Source: Pseudomonadales bacterium | GTDB taxonomy: Bacteria; Pseudomonadota; Gammaproteobacteria; Pseudomonadales; Azotimanducaceae | Assembly (NCBI GenBank): GCA_030749725.1 | Contig: JASMJM010000173.1 | Span: 4,521 to 68,520, forward strand | Reading direction: 5' to 3' | DNA: 64,000 bases | In this document: positions 28,020 to 37,726 of the stretch, piece after piece | Layout of the letters: every line of letters starts with the position of its first letter | How positions within the stretch are numbered: position 1 is the stretch's first letter | Translations under genes and position numbers: made by a program | The notes under the pieces: model-generated | The model's input: the letters and a program-made list of their open reading frames with translations, nothing else | Told to the model about the DNA's origin: nothing | Database searches by the model: none

Positions 28020-28808
28020 CTATCTTCTTGCCGTCATCCAGTCATAAATGCTGGAAAGATACTCAGCATCGTCACCCGATATCTGTGGGATCTCTTCCTT
28101 CTGGTTTGCCAACGCCTGGCGAGCAGCCAGGTAGGATACGCAGTAGGCCTCCAGATTTTCCATACGCCAGTAAGCCATCTCCAGGTGGAACGCCCGTGTG
28201 ATGATACCGTGATGTATCATCATCACAGTTGGATGATCTGTGCCAACGCGTCCCACAACATCACTCATCTCCGCACTGCCCGGTCTGCAAAACGGTGCTA
28301 ATCCCACCTCACCTACAAATACTTCACCTTCCGGGGTGAGAAAACGCGGCGGCGCTATCCCGGCGATCGCAAACCCTGTGGCCGTCGGGGGATGTGCATG
28401 GATACATGCTTTTGCCTGAGGTTGTCGCTTCATAATGCCAATATGGGTCATCACCTCGCTGGACCGTGCTCTGGTGCCGGCAAGTTGCGTACCTTCCATA
28501 TCGACCAGGCACATATCCGTCGTTTTCATATGTCCCTTGCTGATCATGGTCGGTGTACCAAGTACAAGATTGTCCCCGACCCTGATACTCAGATTGCCCC
28601 CGTTACCATCGACGAATGCCCTCTGCCAGAGACGTTGTCCCAAATCACACATCAGTTCTTTCAGTTTCTCGATCTCGGGAGAGTGAAAAAAAGTATCGAT
28701 TTCTGACTCGGTTTGTGCGTCAGCACCGGGGGTCCAGTTATATTGCGGGTCCGGCGTTTCGGGTTTCTGTTTCACTGTCTTCTCCAGGAAAAAACTTATT
28801 GTGATCAA
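28020..28808 (-). CDS. class II aldolase/adducin family protein (OtnC-like decarboxylase/aldolase)
   Basis: GNGGNLSIR, SSEVMTHIGI and HAHPPTATGFA (metal His cluster). The exact start is uncertain. Confidence 0.75.
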   Translation of the reverse strand: MITISFFLEKTVKQKPETPDPQYNWTPGADAQTESEIDTFFHSPEIEKLKELMCDLGQRLWQRAFVDGNGGNLSIRVGDNLVLGTPTMISKGHMKTTDMCLVDMEGTQLAGTRARSSEVMTHIGIMKRQPQAKACIHAHPPTATGFAIAGIAPPRFLTPEGEVFVGEVGLAPFCRPGSAEMSDVVGRVGTDHPTVMMIHHGIITRAFHLEMAYWRMENLEAYCVSYLAARQALANQKEEIPQISGDDAEYLSSIYDWMTARR

Positions 28809-28930
28809 ACTACTGGTTCATATTTCCAATGTCAAAATGACCGGAGCTGCACTTCATCCATAATCCTGATACGTGATACAGGTTTCCCTATCAGTATCGA
28901 CCTGTGTGACACTGCGATGTCGTGGGCGAA

Positions 28931-30124
28931 TCAGGGTGTCCTTCGACGATGAAACTCGACAGTGTTTTCATCCAGCGTGAGTTTCTGTCGAGTTGCGGAG
29001 AAATAGGACGCTGCCTGAATCAGGGTAAGCATATTCTTAAGTCGCACAAAGCTGAGAACACGAACATCATCGAAATCATAGTTCAGCAGGGACTCGCGGT
29101 TAGCGCGACCTATGCGATTAATCTTGAAACACGCTTGCAGCATATCAGACAAAACATTTCGATTGCGACGCAATGGCTCCGTCGTTAGATATGCTTCAGG
29201 CTCACCAAATTCGGATTTGATGACCAACAACGAAAGCGGGCGATCGGCTTTTTCCGGCAATCTAACCGGCAAAAAACCGAAATGGATAAACACATCCAAC
29301 TCATGTGTGCCAGGAAAACCATACTCCGAGAAATCGGAATCAGGTAGGTATTTGAAGATAGTCTTACCATAGGGTGTATCACACATCTGGACAAGTTCGT
29401 AAACAGTGTAAGGCCTTTTGTTGTACATAAGCACACTGCTATCCCGTTGCCTGATAAGGAACCGGCTTGTTTCATCCCCGACCCAGGAAACCAGAATGTC
29501 GCGCTTGTCACCGGAACGTCCGGTCACAAGCAGCCCATTGCCTTTTGACGCAGCGCGGACCTTTTCCGTTAGAAGTTGGACGGACTCTTCCTCGGTTATC
29601 TCCAGGTTGTTGCTTGACCAGGGCGTTAGCAATACAGGTGTCAGTATTTCCGTTTCCAGCTCACAGTTAACAACGTCCCAGAGATGGCATTCAGTGTCGA
29701 CCGTTACGTTCTGGTCTGATTCGATGCTGCTCATATACTCCATGCTTTTTGCATACTTCTTTTGCAGTTTGATTGGATGAATCAAAATGAGGGAATCTTT
29801 CTTGATCCTGCGACCGGCAAGTTCAAGTATTTTCCCACCAACAAAAAGCGAGATTTCCGGATCGCCCAAATTTCTACTCAAACGCTTCTGGGTAGCATGT
29901 AGAGAAATATCTTCCTGAAGGACATGGCTGATATCTGTCAACTTCAGCGATTGAGATCCTAGAACACCCAGTATGAATTCTTTCACAAATCTGGTGGATA
30001 CTTTCCTCAGACCCGTGGAGATTTCCTCGATGAACGAGTCAAAATCGTCGTCCTTGCACAATTGTTCAATGTCTCGCATCTTACTTGACTCTGGCACTTC
30101 TAAGTCTGCGCGCCGGCCGGGCAC
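28931..30124 (-). CDS. hypothetical protein, possibly a degenerate IS4/IS701-like transposase derivative
   Basis: 397-aa ORF that is AT-richer than its neighbours. The layout recalls DDE transposases: N-terminal ...GVLGSQSLKLTDISHVL...KRLSRNL, mid LLVTGRSGDKRDIL...RFLIRQRD, C-terminal ...VRVLSFVRLKNMLTL. The expected catalytic D/D/E and YREK positions look substituted, and no terminal inverted repeats were found. Confidence 0.4.
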   Translation of the reverse strand: MPGRRADLEVPESSKMRDIEQLCKDDDFDSFIEEISTGLRKVSTRFVKEFILGVLGSQSLKLTDISHVLQEDISLHATQKRLSRNLGDPEISLFVGGKILELAGRRIKKDSLILIHPIKLQKKYAKSMEYMSSIESDQNVTVDTECHLWDVVNCELETEILTPVLLTPWSSNNLEITEEESVQLLTEKVRAASKGNGLLVTGRSGDKRDILVSWVGDETSRFLIRQRDSSVLMYNKRPYTVYELVQMCDTPYGKTIFKYLPDSDFSEYGFPGTHELDVFIHFGFLPVRLPEKADRPLSLLVIKSEFGEPEAYLTTEPLRRNRNVLSDMLQACFKINRIGRANRESLLNYDFDDVRVLSFVRLKNMLTLIQAASYFSATRQKLTLDENTVEFHRRRTP

Positions 30125-30188
30125 AGGCTATCGGTATACGTCATTGGTACTGTTGACATCTGTATGCGCAAGCTTCAATGATCTCTAT

Positions 30189-30222
30189 ATATGATTGAGC
30201 ACGCTAGATATGACTGAGCACG
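30189..30222. repeat. two 15-nt direct repeats, 19-nt period
   Basis: ATATGATTGAGCACG (30189-30203) and ATATGACTGAGCACG (30208-30222), one mismatch. They lie 65-98 nt upstream of the 28931..30124 ORF. Confidence 0.7.
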
Positions 30223-30285
30223 GAAGGGATGACATTAGCAAACTCCTTTTCAGCCAGCAACCAAGCAGGGAGTCTGCCATTAACG

Positions 30286-33048
30286 CTAGTCAGACTGAAT
30301 CACCACAGTGCCTGCGTCACCGTCGACTTCCAGGATCTGCCCGTTCTTCACTCGCCGGGTGATATTGCCCGTACCCACCACAGCAGGGATGCCATACTCC
30401 CGCGCAACAATGGAACCGTGGCCCAGAATGCCACCGATATCGGTGACCAGGCCGCTGGCGTGGGCAAAGAGTTGCGTCCAGGCAGGCGAGGTCATGGGGC
30501 ACACCAATATCGAACCCGGTCGCATCTGGTCGAATTCATCAGCGTTATGGATCACGCTGGCTTGACTCGTGATGGTCCCGGGGCTCACTGGAATACCCCT
30601 CAGCGTACCGCTGGAATCATCATTGATAAACTGCGTTTCCTTGAACTTGACGCCCGGATTTTCGCTAATCTCCGGCGGAATCGTGCCAGGGGGATGCAGA
30701 CGCCTGCGCGCCTCTCTCAATTCACGGCGCTCAGCGGCCAATTGTGCGTATTCCGGTATAGCGTTACCCCCTTGGCGCGCTTCCATGGCAGGTTCAATTT
30801 CGGAGGTATTGAGAAAATATATATCTTCTGAGGTTGCCAGTGTGCCGATATCAACCAGACGCTGCCCAAGCTCGGTTGCAATCGGCCGCAGCACAGGCCA
30901 GGCAGTACCCAGGACGAAACAGGACTCTTCCCGGATGGGATAGTACTTTCGCGTAAACCAAAGGCGGTACCGGAACTGCCAGTATTGCAGACCATCGAGC
31001 AACTCCTCGATGTCCTTCATGGCCTGTTCACGTTTACGGGTTGCCTGCTCCTCGTGTTGTTTCGGGTGGTAGTCCCTGTTCTGCACCATCGCCTTCAAGG
31101 TCACGAACAGCGTCGACGGATCTTCAATCTGCGTCGGTTCACCGAAATCCAGACTATAGCCCTGGTGACCATAGATCTGCAGATAGCTGTCGAGCGCCTC
31201 GAGTATCGGCCCGCTGTCGGGATGTGCCTGAAGCTCGCCCATCAGACGTTTTGCAGGGGTCGCAACGACAGTTTCAAAGAGTGATTTGCTGGCCCGGATC
31301 ATCTTGCAGATATCATATAAGTCGTCATTGGCCTGCATGATCCTCGACTTGAATCCAGAGAGGAATTGCCCACTGGTGAATTGGTGGTCGGGCAGGGTTT
31401 CCCTCAGAAAGCACTGCAGCTGATCGTCTGTGGATTTCGCAACACCAAAGGTGTGGCCGCCGTTGCTGCTCCAGTACCAACCTTCGGCAGCGGCCAATTC
31501 CCGAATCCCCGTCAGGAGCTGCTCATCCGGGGCAGTCTCTACGTCTACCCGCCGCCACTTCTCGGTGGCTGCCTCCAGTTCCGGAACGGCTCTTTCGCGC
31601 CAGTCAGCATGCTGCCGGTCGTTTACGGCAGTCTTGTTAAACGCAACGTACGTTGGATTGTCACTCTCTGGCATGGTCACCGCGTGGGCCAGATTATCCG
31701 TCGCCAAACCATCAGCCATCGTCTGAAAGTCGGCACGTTCCTGTTCTGTCAACTGGTCCAGGAACATCTGTAGATCATGCTGTTCCTGCGCTCTTCCCTC
31801 AGGGCTGCTGGTGGCTGCTTCTTTCTGGGCCTTGATTTCACGGCGAAACTGCTCATCGTTTGTCTGTGTGGCAAATCCCGCTATCTGAAATGCAAAGCCA
31901 TGCAGCGTCGTAAAGCCGGACCTACCGCCCGGTTTCCTGCCTGCCAGACCCTTATGGATGTACAACTCATCAAACAGTGGGAAAGTGGGATCCGGAACAT
32001 TTTCGATAAGCTGGCGACGGACCAGGCCCTTGATGCCTTCCGGAGCTTCCCACTGCACCTCGATAGGTTGAGGTGGCAGATTGGTGATCGGCCTGGATTG
32101 CAGCAGTGAAAGCTTGCCGTCTGCTATCGCCCACTCAATATCCTGGGGTAAGCCATCGAAGTGTTCTTCAACTTTGATGGCCAGGCTGGCCAACTCGCCG
32201 AGAAGAGCATCGGATAGTGACGACTGAGCACGCTCGTTTTCAGACACATCTTCCAAACGGGTGCCCTGCCCAGCATCGGAAATAACCTTCTGCTCCTTCG
32301 GACCGATGATCGTTTCCTTCACGGCCATGGAATTCCGATCCACGATGAACGTGTCCGGTGTCACCTGCCCTCCGACCACCGCTTCACCGAGGCCAAAACT
32401 CGCATTGATAATGAGTTCCGAACGTTCACCGGTGGCCGGGTTTGCGGTAAACAGGATGCCGGCCACATCTGCCGGCACCATGATCTGGACCACGACAGCC
32501 ATGGCGACCGAGCCCTGATCTATAGCATGCTCATGACGATAACTGATTGCCTGCACAGTCCAAAGAGAAGCCCAACAGTTTCGCACTGCCGCAAGCAGGG
32601 CTTCGGCGCCGCTGACATTCAGGTAGGTCTCCTGCTGACCTGCGAAGGAAAGCCCCGGCAAGTCCTCAGCGTTAGCTGATGAGCGCACCGCTACGGCTGG
32701 TGCTCGGCCCCCGGAAGGATCGACCAGTGCCGCATAGGCTTCGCTTAGCTCTGCAATGGTCTCTGCGGACAGATTATATTCGCCGATCAACTGTTGAATG
32801 GCTGTTGAGGCCCTTTCAAAGGACGCTCTGACAGCCGTAACTTCAGGCCTGGCAAGTTCCACTATCTTCGCCTGCAGATTGTTGTCAGCAACGAATGCCT
32901 TGTAGGCAGCAGTCGTTAGGTGAAATCCATCGGGCACAGAAAATCCCGCATTAACCATCCTGGCAAGTGATCTGCCCTTGCCACCAAGCACTTCAAGATC
33001 ACCATCAGTCGTCGCGAGGAGTCGTACATTCGTTATGTCGTCTTTCAT
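30286..33048 (-). CDS. Rph/PpsA-like phosphotransferase, paralog K2
   Basis: 920 aa, collinear with K1. GGKGRSLARM...VAVRSSANAEDLPGLSFAGQQETYLN at the N-terminus. CPMTSPAWTQLFAHASGLVTDIGGILGHGSIVAREYGIPAV at the C-terminus. Confidence 0.85.
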   Translation of the reverse strand: MKDDITNVRLLATTDGDLEVLGGKGRSLARMVNAGFSVPDGFHLTTAAYKAFVADNNLQAKIVELARPEVTAVRASFERASTAIQQLIGEYNLSAETIAELSEAYAALVDPSGGRAPAVAVRSSANAEDLPGLSFAGQQETYLNVSGAEALLAAVRNCWASLWTVQAISYRHEHAIDQGSVAMAVVVQIMVPADVAGILFTANPATGERSELIINASFGLGEAVVGGQVTPDTFIVDRNSMAVKETIIGPKEQKVISDAGQGTRLEDVSENERAQSSLSDALLGELASLAIKVEEHFDGLPQDIEWAIADGKLSLLQSRPITNLPPQPIEVQWEAPEGIKGLVRRQLIENVPDPTFPLFDELYIHKGLAGRKPGGRSGFTTLHGFAFQIAGFATQTNDEQFRREIKAQKEAATSSPEGRAQEQHDLQMFLDQLTEQERADFQTMADGLATDNLAHAVTMPESDNPTYVAFNKTAVNDRQHADWRERAVPELEAATEKWRRVDVETAPDEQLLTGIRELAAAEGWYWSSNGGHTFGVAKSTDDQLQCFLRETLPDHQFTSGQFLSGFKSRIMQANDDLYDICKMIRASKSLFETVVATPAKRLMGELQAHPDSGPILEALDSYLQIYGHQGYSLDFGEPTQIEDPSTLFVTLKAMVQNRDYHPKQHEEQATRKREQAMKDIEELLDGLQYWQFRYRLWFTRKYYPIREESCFVLGTAWPVLRPIATELGQRLVDIGTLATSEDIYFLNTSEIEPAMEARQGGNAIPEYAQLAAERRELREARRRLHPPGTIPPEISENPGVKFKETQFINDDSSGTLRGIPVSPGTITSQASVIHNADEFDQMRPGSILVCPMTSPAWTQLFAHASGLVTDIGGILGHGSIVAREYGIPAVVGTGNITRRVKNGQILEVDGDAGTVVIQSD

Positions 33049-33158
33049 TCAGTTTCCTTTGGGGTTGTCCATGTAGTAGGAAAATCCATTGATCATGCTA
33101 TTTAGTTATCCTGGCCCACTTCCTGTTTCAATCTGTCCAATGCTGAAGGTGCATCGCT

Positions 33159-35171
33159 TCAGCCGCTCTGCAGCTCGACAAAGGTTCTGTATGGACTATC
33201 CGGATTCGCCATCAGCTCTTCATGATTGCCAACATCACGAATCTCACCTTCTTCGAGAAAGACAATCCTGTCGGCCCTGCGAATCGTCGACAGGCGATGC
33301 GCAATGACGATGACCAGGCGGTCCTGGGCTGCAGCCCGCAGGGATTCGACCAGTTGACCCTCGGTGCGCGGATCGAGGGCCGCGGTCGGTTCATCAAGGA
33401 TCAGGATTCGCGCATCGCGGACCAGCCCACGAGCAATAGACAGACTTTGCTGCTGCCCAACGGACAGGGTGTCGCCGGAACGGCCAAGGACGCTGTCGAT
33501 GCCATCCGGCTTTGAGTCGATGAACTCCATACATCCGGCCGTCTCCAGTGCAGCCATCATCTCCGCCTCGCTTGCAGCGGGATTGGCCAGCAGCAAATTG
33601 TCGCGAATGCTCTCAGACAGGAGCAGGTGCTCCTGGAACACATAGGTCACCTGCTGTCGCAGCGAGTCGAGATCGACCTCGGATAGGTCCTTGCCGTCAA
33701 TGAGCACGCGGCCGGCTGTCGGCATCACCAACGACGGTATCAGGTAGGCGAGCGTGGTCTTGCCTGCGCCGGTGGGGCCGACCAGCGCCACCAGTTCGCC
33801 CATCGGCAATTCAAGATCGACGTTGGTGAGTGCGCGATGTCCGTCAGGATACTCAAAGTCGACCCCTTGGATGCTAACCCCGTCAGAGATGGTGCCCAGA
33901 TCCACTGTACCAGGCCGATCTTCTTCCGATTCATAGTCCACGAAGAAGAATACCCGGCGGACCGCGGCGATGGTCTCCTGCAGCTTGATCCACATGGCGC
34001 CAAAGAAACTGGCCGGCTCAACAATGCCCTTGTAAACCCCAAACAGCACGGCAAAGTCGCCGGGTGACATGGTGCCTTCAATGATCTGATCGCTGATGAG
34101 TATCGTGACGTAGATACCGGCGGTGCCCGTCGCTGCTCCGGCAATTGTGGCCACTACAATAACGACCGCCAGGGCGTAGCGTTCGCGCAGAAACGTGTGG
34201 CTACTCCGATCCGCAAACCGTTCTTCTTCCCGCCCCGTGCCGCCCAGGCTCTGCACGGCCCCAATGTTGCTCATGGATTCTTCCATGGCATTGGTAGTGG
34301 CGGCACCGGCGGCTCGCTTGTTCTGATTGGTTCGTCGCAACACGCCGGAAAAAGGAAAACAGATCGCAAACATGGCGGGAAACGTCGCCCAGGCGATCCA
34401 TATCAATTCAGGCGATATGTCACCATAGGAATATTGCAGAATGTATATATTGATGAGTGCACTCACCAGATATAAGAACGGCGTCAATGTCAGGTTGTAA
34501 GCGAGGTCGGGTGCGTGCGGCGCATCGTAGAGGACCCTATACACCGAGTCACCTATACGCTGGTCATCCAGTATGGTCATGGGCAGACGACTCAGACGGT
34601 CGAACAGGCGCGTGCGCAGGTGATTCGCCATGGTCTGGGTGAGTCGCACATTCACCATAAACTCCGCGACTCCCCAGATGCCACCACCACTACTACCACC
34701 GGAACTCAGGGCATTTTCAGCCTGGGTCGCGGCGTCCCTGCCCTCCTCCAATTGAGCACCCATCTTGCTGGACCGCATGCCTATCGTCACCAGCATAACG
34801 GCGTATATGATGGTCAGAGTGAGCATAATCTCGAGCGGACCCTTGCCATCCACGAAGTTCACGATCGGATTCATAAAGGGTGGATAGGCGACAGCAGTAT
34901 CACCAAAAGGGCGCTGCAATATGACATTGTCGATGACGATCTTCGCCATCCATGGCAGCAGCAGTACTGGAAACATCAGTCCCAACGCCAGCAGGAATTT
35001 AGCCAGGAAAAGACCCTTAGCACGCGTAATCAGCTGGATGCAACGTCCGATAATCGAGAGCGCCTCGATCGTGTTGATGTCCGATTGTACATCGACCCGG
35101 TCATCGAATGTGTTCTTGCCAAGAACCCTCTGAAGGATGGAATCCTGTTCTTTTATAGCGACTTCGCTCAT
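33159..35171 (-). CDS. ABC exporter fused permease/ATPase, subunit B2
   Basis: GPTGAGKTT, LSVGQQQS, ILILDEPTAALD. Shares DDQRIGDSVYRVLYD and the C-terminal FVELQSG with A2. Confidence 0.85.
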   Translation of the reverse strand: MSEVAIKEQDSILQRVLGKNTFDDRVDVQSDINTIEALSIIGRCIQLITRAKGLFLAKFLLALGLMFPVLLLPWMAKIVIDNVILQRPFGDTAVAYPPFMNPIVNFVDGKGPLEIMLTLTIIYAVMLVTIGMRSSKMGAQLEEGRDAATQAENALSSGGSSGGGIWGVAEFMVNVRLTQTMANHLRTRLFDRLSRLPMTILDDQRIGDSVYRVLYDAPHAPDLAYNLTLTPFLYLVSALINIYILQYSYGDISPELIWIAWATFPAMFAICFPFSGVLRRTNQNKRAAGAATTNAMEESMSNIGAVQSLGGTGREEERFADRSSHTFLRERYALAVVIVVATIAGAATGTAGIYVTILISDQIIEGTMSPGDFAVLFGVYKGIVEPASFFGAMWIKLQETIAAVRRVFFFVDYESEEDRPGTVDLGTISDGVSIQGVDFEYPDGHRALTNVDLELPMGELVALVGPTGAGKTTLAYLIPSLVMPTAGRVLIDGKDLSEVDLDSLRQQVTYVFQEHLLLSESIRDNLLLANPAASEAEMMAALETAGCMEFIDSKPDGIDSVLGRSGDTLSVGQQQSLSIARGLVRDARILILDEPTAALDPRTEGQLVESLRAAAQDRLVIVIAHRLSTIRRADRIVFLEEGEIRDVGNHEELMANPDSPYRTFVELQSG

Positions 35172-37186
35172 GGTCCTTCTCCGACATCACTGCCAGCGAT
35201 CTCCGCGTTAACGAAGCCACGGTACTTACCTGCTTCCTTGGACATCAGTTCGTCGTGCCGACCCTGTTCCACGATTCGACCATCCTCCAGGAAGGCAATC
35301 TCATCGGCATTGCGGATGGTGGACAGGCGATGTGTAATGAGGAATATCACTTTCCCCCGACCCCACTCCGACAGGTTGGCGAGTACCTGCTGCTCCGTCC
35401 TGGCATCCAATGAAGCAGTGGGCTCATCCAAAATCAGGATCTGTGTGTCGCGCACGATGGCCCGCGCAATTGATAGGCGCTGGCGTTGTCCGGCAGATAA
35501 TTTCCCACCGCGTTCTCCAAGTTCGGTGTCATACCCTTTCGGCATCGCCTTAATGAAATCGTCCGCACAAGCTATCCTGGCGGCGGCTTCGAGATCAGAG
35601 CGTTTGGCATTCGCTGCTGCATAGGCGATATTATTGGCCACAGTCCCTGCAAACAGCGTGTTCTGCTGCAATGCGATCGATGTGTTGGCCCGTATGTCAT
35701 CCACCGCCACATCTTTGAGATCGATGCCGTTGACCAGCAATTGCCCCCGGTCCGGGTCATAGAGTCGCAGCAACATGGACATCAAGGTTGACTTGCCGGC
35801 CCCGGTCGCACCGACAATGGCGGTCACCGTGCCCACCCCACCGCGCAGATCGATTCCTCGCAGCACTGGATGGGCGTCATCGTAACCAAAATACACATCG
35901 CGCCAGGTCGCCTCGATGATTGGTGACGGGAAGCTGACCGGTTCATCCGGATCCACTACGTCAAGCTTAAGGTCCAGAAGATAGAACGCCCGGTCCAAGG
36001 CGATGAACAGATCCTGCATCCTGGTCCAAAGGCCAACGAAGAAGCCGCCGGTCTGGGTGAGATCACTAACTCGCTTCCTGGCAATCTCAAAGGCCCCCAG
36101 ATTCCACAGAACAAAGCCAAGGAATGACGCTGCCCAGGCGCCCAGAAACGTCTCACGTTCTTCAACTACAAAGGTCACCATGATGTATTCGGCGGATACC
36201 AGGGTGACTCCCCCTAGCAAAGCCACCATTGCAGTCAGGATCACCATATCCAATCGAAGAAAGTACGCGGTGTTTAGTGCATTCACGGAATCCCGGTTGA
36301 AACGATCGAACACCCGGGCCTCCGCGCGATTGGCTTTGACAATTTTGATCGCGGCAAAGACCTCCTGCAGGCGCGAAGTAAGATCGCTGTTGGCCATCCG
36401 ATTGTTCATGGCACGACGCCGGATGCGCGGGGTATAGACGACAATCACCCAAACTACCGGCACGCCGACAACAATAATCATGGCTGCAAAAATCGGGTCG
36501 AACGCCATGACAAAAAGCAGCGCAAACACGATCCAGCCGAGCGTCATGATCGGGTAGACTATGCCACTCTGCAGCAGGCTCATGATCATCGCGCTATCCT
36601 GGTAGACCCTGAAGATCGCATCACCCACCCTGGCATTATCGTGATACTTGAGTGACAAGGACTCCGCCCGTTGCACCATGGCCACCCTCAGATTCTGGTT
36701 GATGCTCTGCCAGACCCACATGGTGTAGTAGGGAATCAGGAGCCATACGAGTCCTGCGCCCACAGCACCCAGGATGCCCCAGATGATCAACCGGTTACGC
36801 ACTGTTTTGCGTTGATCCCAGGTCAGTTCCGGTTCAACATTTTCGAGTTGCACCGTTTTTGAGGCCGACTGCTTGCCATTCAGCCGTTCCGGGTCATCGG
36901 TGACATACTCCTCGCCCACAAACAGCACCATGGCCTGAATTGGCTGCAGCTTCTCACCAACCAGCACCTTGTTGGTGAACAGATCCGTGCCGACAAATAA
37001 AGTGACCAACCCGCCGAGACCACCGACAAAGAACAACGAGCCCAAAAAGATCAAATGCTTCAGCATCGGCCGCATGTACGGCCAGGTCTTCCATGCCAGT
37101 GCTGCCATTTTTCGAAAGCTCAACTTCGGCGTTTCGGCTTCGGCATTGCCTTGCTGGTATCCCTGGATCAATCCTAGTTCACTCAT
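35168..37186 (-). CDS. ABC exporter fused permease/ATPase, subunit B1
   Basis: ATGA overlap with B2. GATGAGKST, LSAGQRQR, ILILDEPTASLD. Shares KTWPYMRP and INQNLR motifs with A1. Confidence 0.85.
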   Translation of the reverse strand: MSELGLIQGYQQGNAEAETPKLSFRKMAALAWKTWPYMRPMLKHLIFLGSLFFVGGLGGLVTLFVGTDLFTNKVLVGEKLQPIQAMVLFVGEEYVTDDPERLNGKQSASKTVQLENVEPELTWDQRKTVRNRLIIWGILGAVGAGLVWLLIPYYTMWVWQSINQNLRVAMVQRAESLSLKYHDNARVGDAIFRVYQDSAMIMSLLQSGIVYPIMTLGWIVFALLFVMAFDPIFAAMIIVVGVPVVWVIVVYTPRIRRRAMNNRMANSDLTSRLQEVFAAIKIVKANRAEARVFDRFNRDSVNALNTAYFLRLDMVILTAMVALLGGVTLVSAEYIMVTFVVEERETFLGAWAASFLGFVLWNLGAFEIARKRVSDLTQTGGFFVGLWTRMQDLFIALDRAFYLLDLKLDVVDPDEPVSFPSPIIEATWRDVYFGYDDAHPVLRGIDLRGGVGTVTAIVGATGAGKSTLMSMLLRLYDPDRGQLLVNGIDLKDVAVDDIRANTSIALQQNTLFAGTVANNIAYAAANAKRSDLEAAARIACADDFIKAMPKGYDTELGERGGKLSAGQRQRLSIARAIVRDTQILILDEPTASLDARTEQQVLANLSEWGRGKVIFLITHRLSTIRNADEIAFLEDGRIVEQGRHDELMSKEAGKYRGFVNAEIAGSDVGEGP

Positions 37187-37726
37187 GCCTACGGCACCTC
37201 ATCAACTGTACCTGTGGTCTTGAATAGTGATCGACGATGGCTCTGGTATTGCCGTGAACCCTGCGAGCCAGCCCACAGTTTCGGTTCGTGGGCTCTCTCA
37301 CGATCTATCCGCGGTGTTCTGGGTCTATAGCACTCCACGTGCGCCCATTCTTCTTGATCGATTGATACCACATCTCGGCTTGCTCCCTTGTGATCTTGCC
37401 GGAAGAAACCGCAGCTTCGATATCCAGGGTGATTTCGGTAACCCTATCGGACAGACGTTTTGTTAGCAATTCCGATGTGGCGGAAGATCACCCAAAAACA
37501 CGATTGCGGTAGCAACCTGTCACGACGGGTGGTCACCGAAACGATCTGCGAATTGGCGTTGCGAGGTGGGAGTTTCCATTGTGAATCGTTTGCCTTTCGC
37601 GTCATGCCAGTGACTCGCGAAAACTGATATGGGTCCCTGGTGAGAGCATAGCTGCAGCCGTTTCAGGCAACGGTTTCGACTTGAGCCACGCCAGAATAGG
37701 ATAGTTCTCGCCCGTACGAGGTCAAT

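Noticed and set aside
37189-37371. 60-aa minus-strand ORF ending 2 nt before the exporter B1 start, considered as an exported precursor peptide.
   Set aside because: - Its composition is Arg/His/Gln-rich and looks random.
- There is no equivalent small ORF upstream of A1 or C1.
- The exporters lack a C39 peptidase domain.
- It overlaps a more protein-like fragment in another frame.
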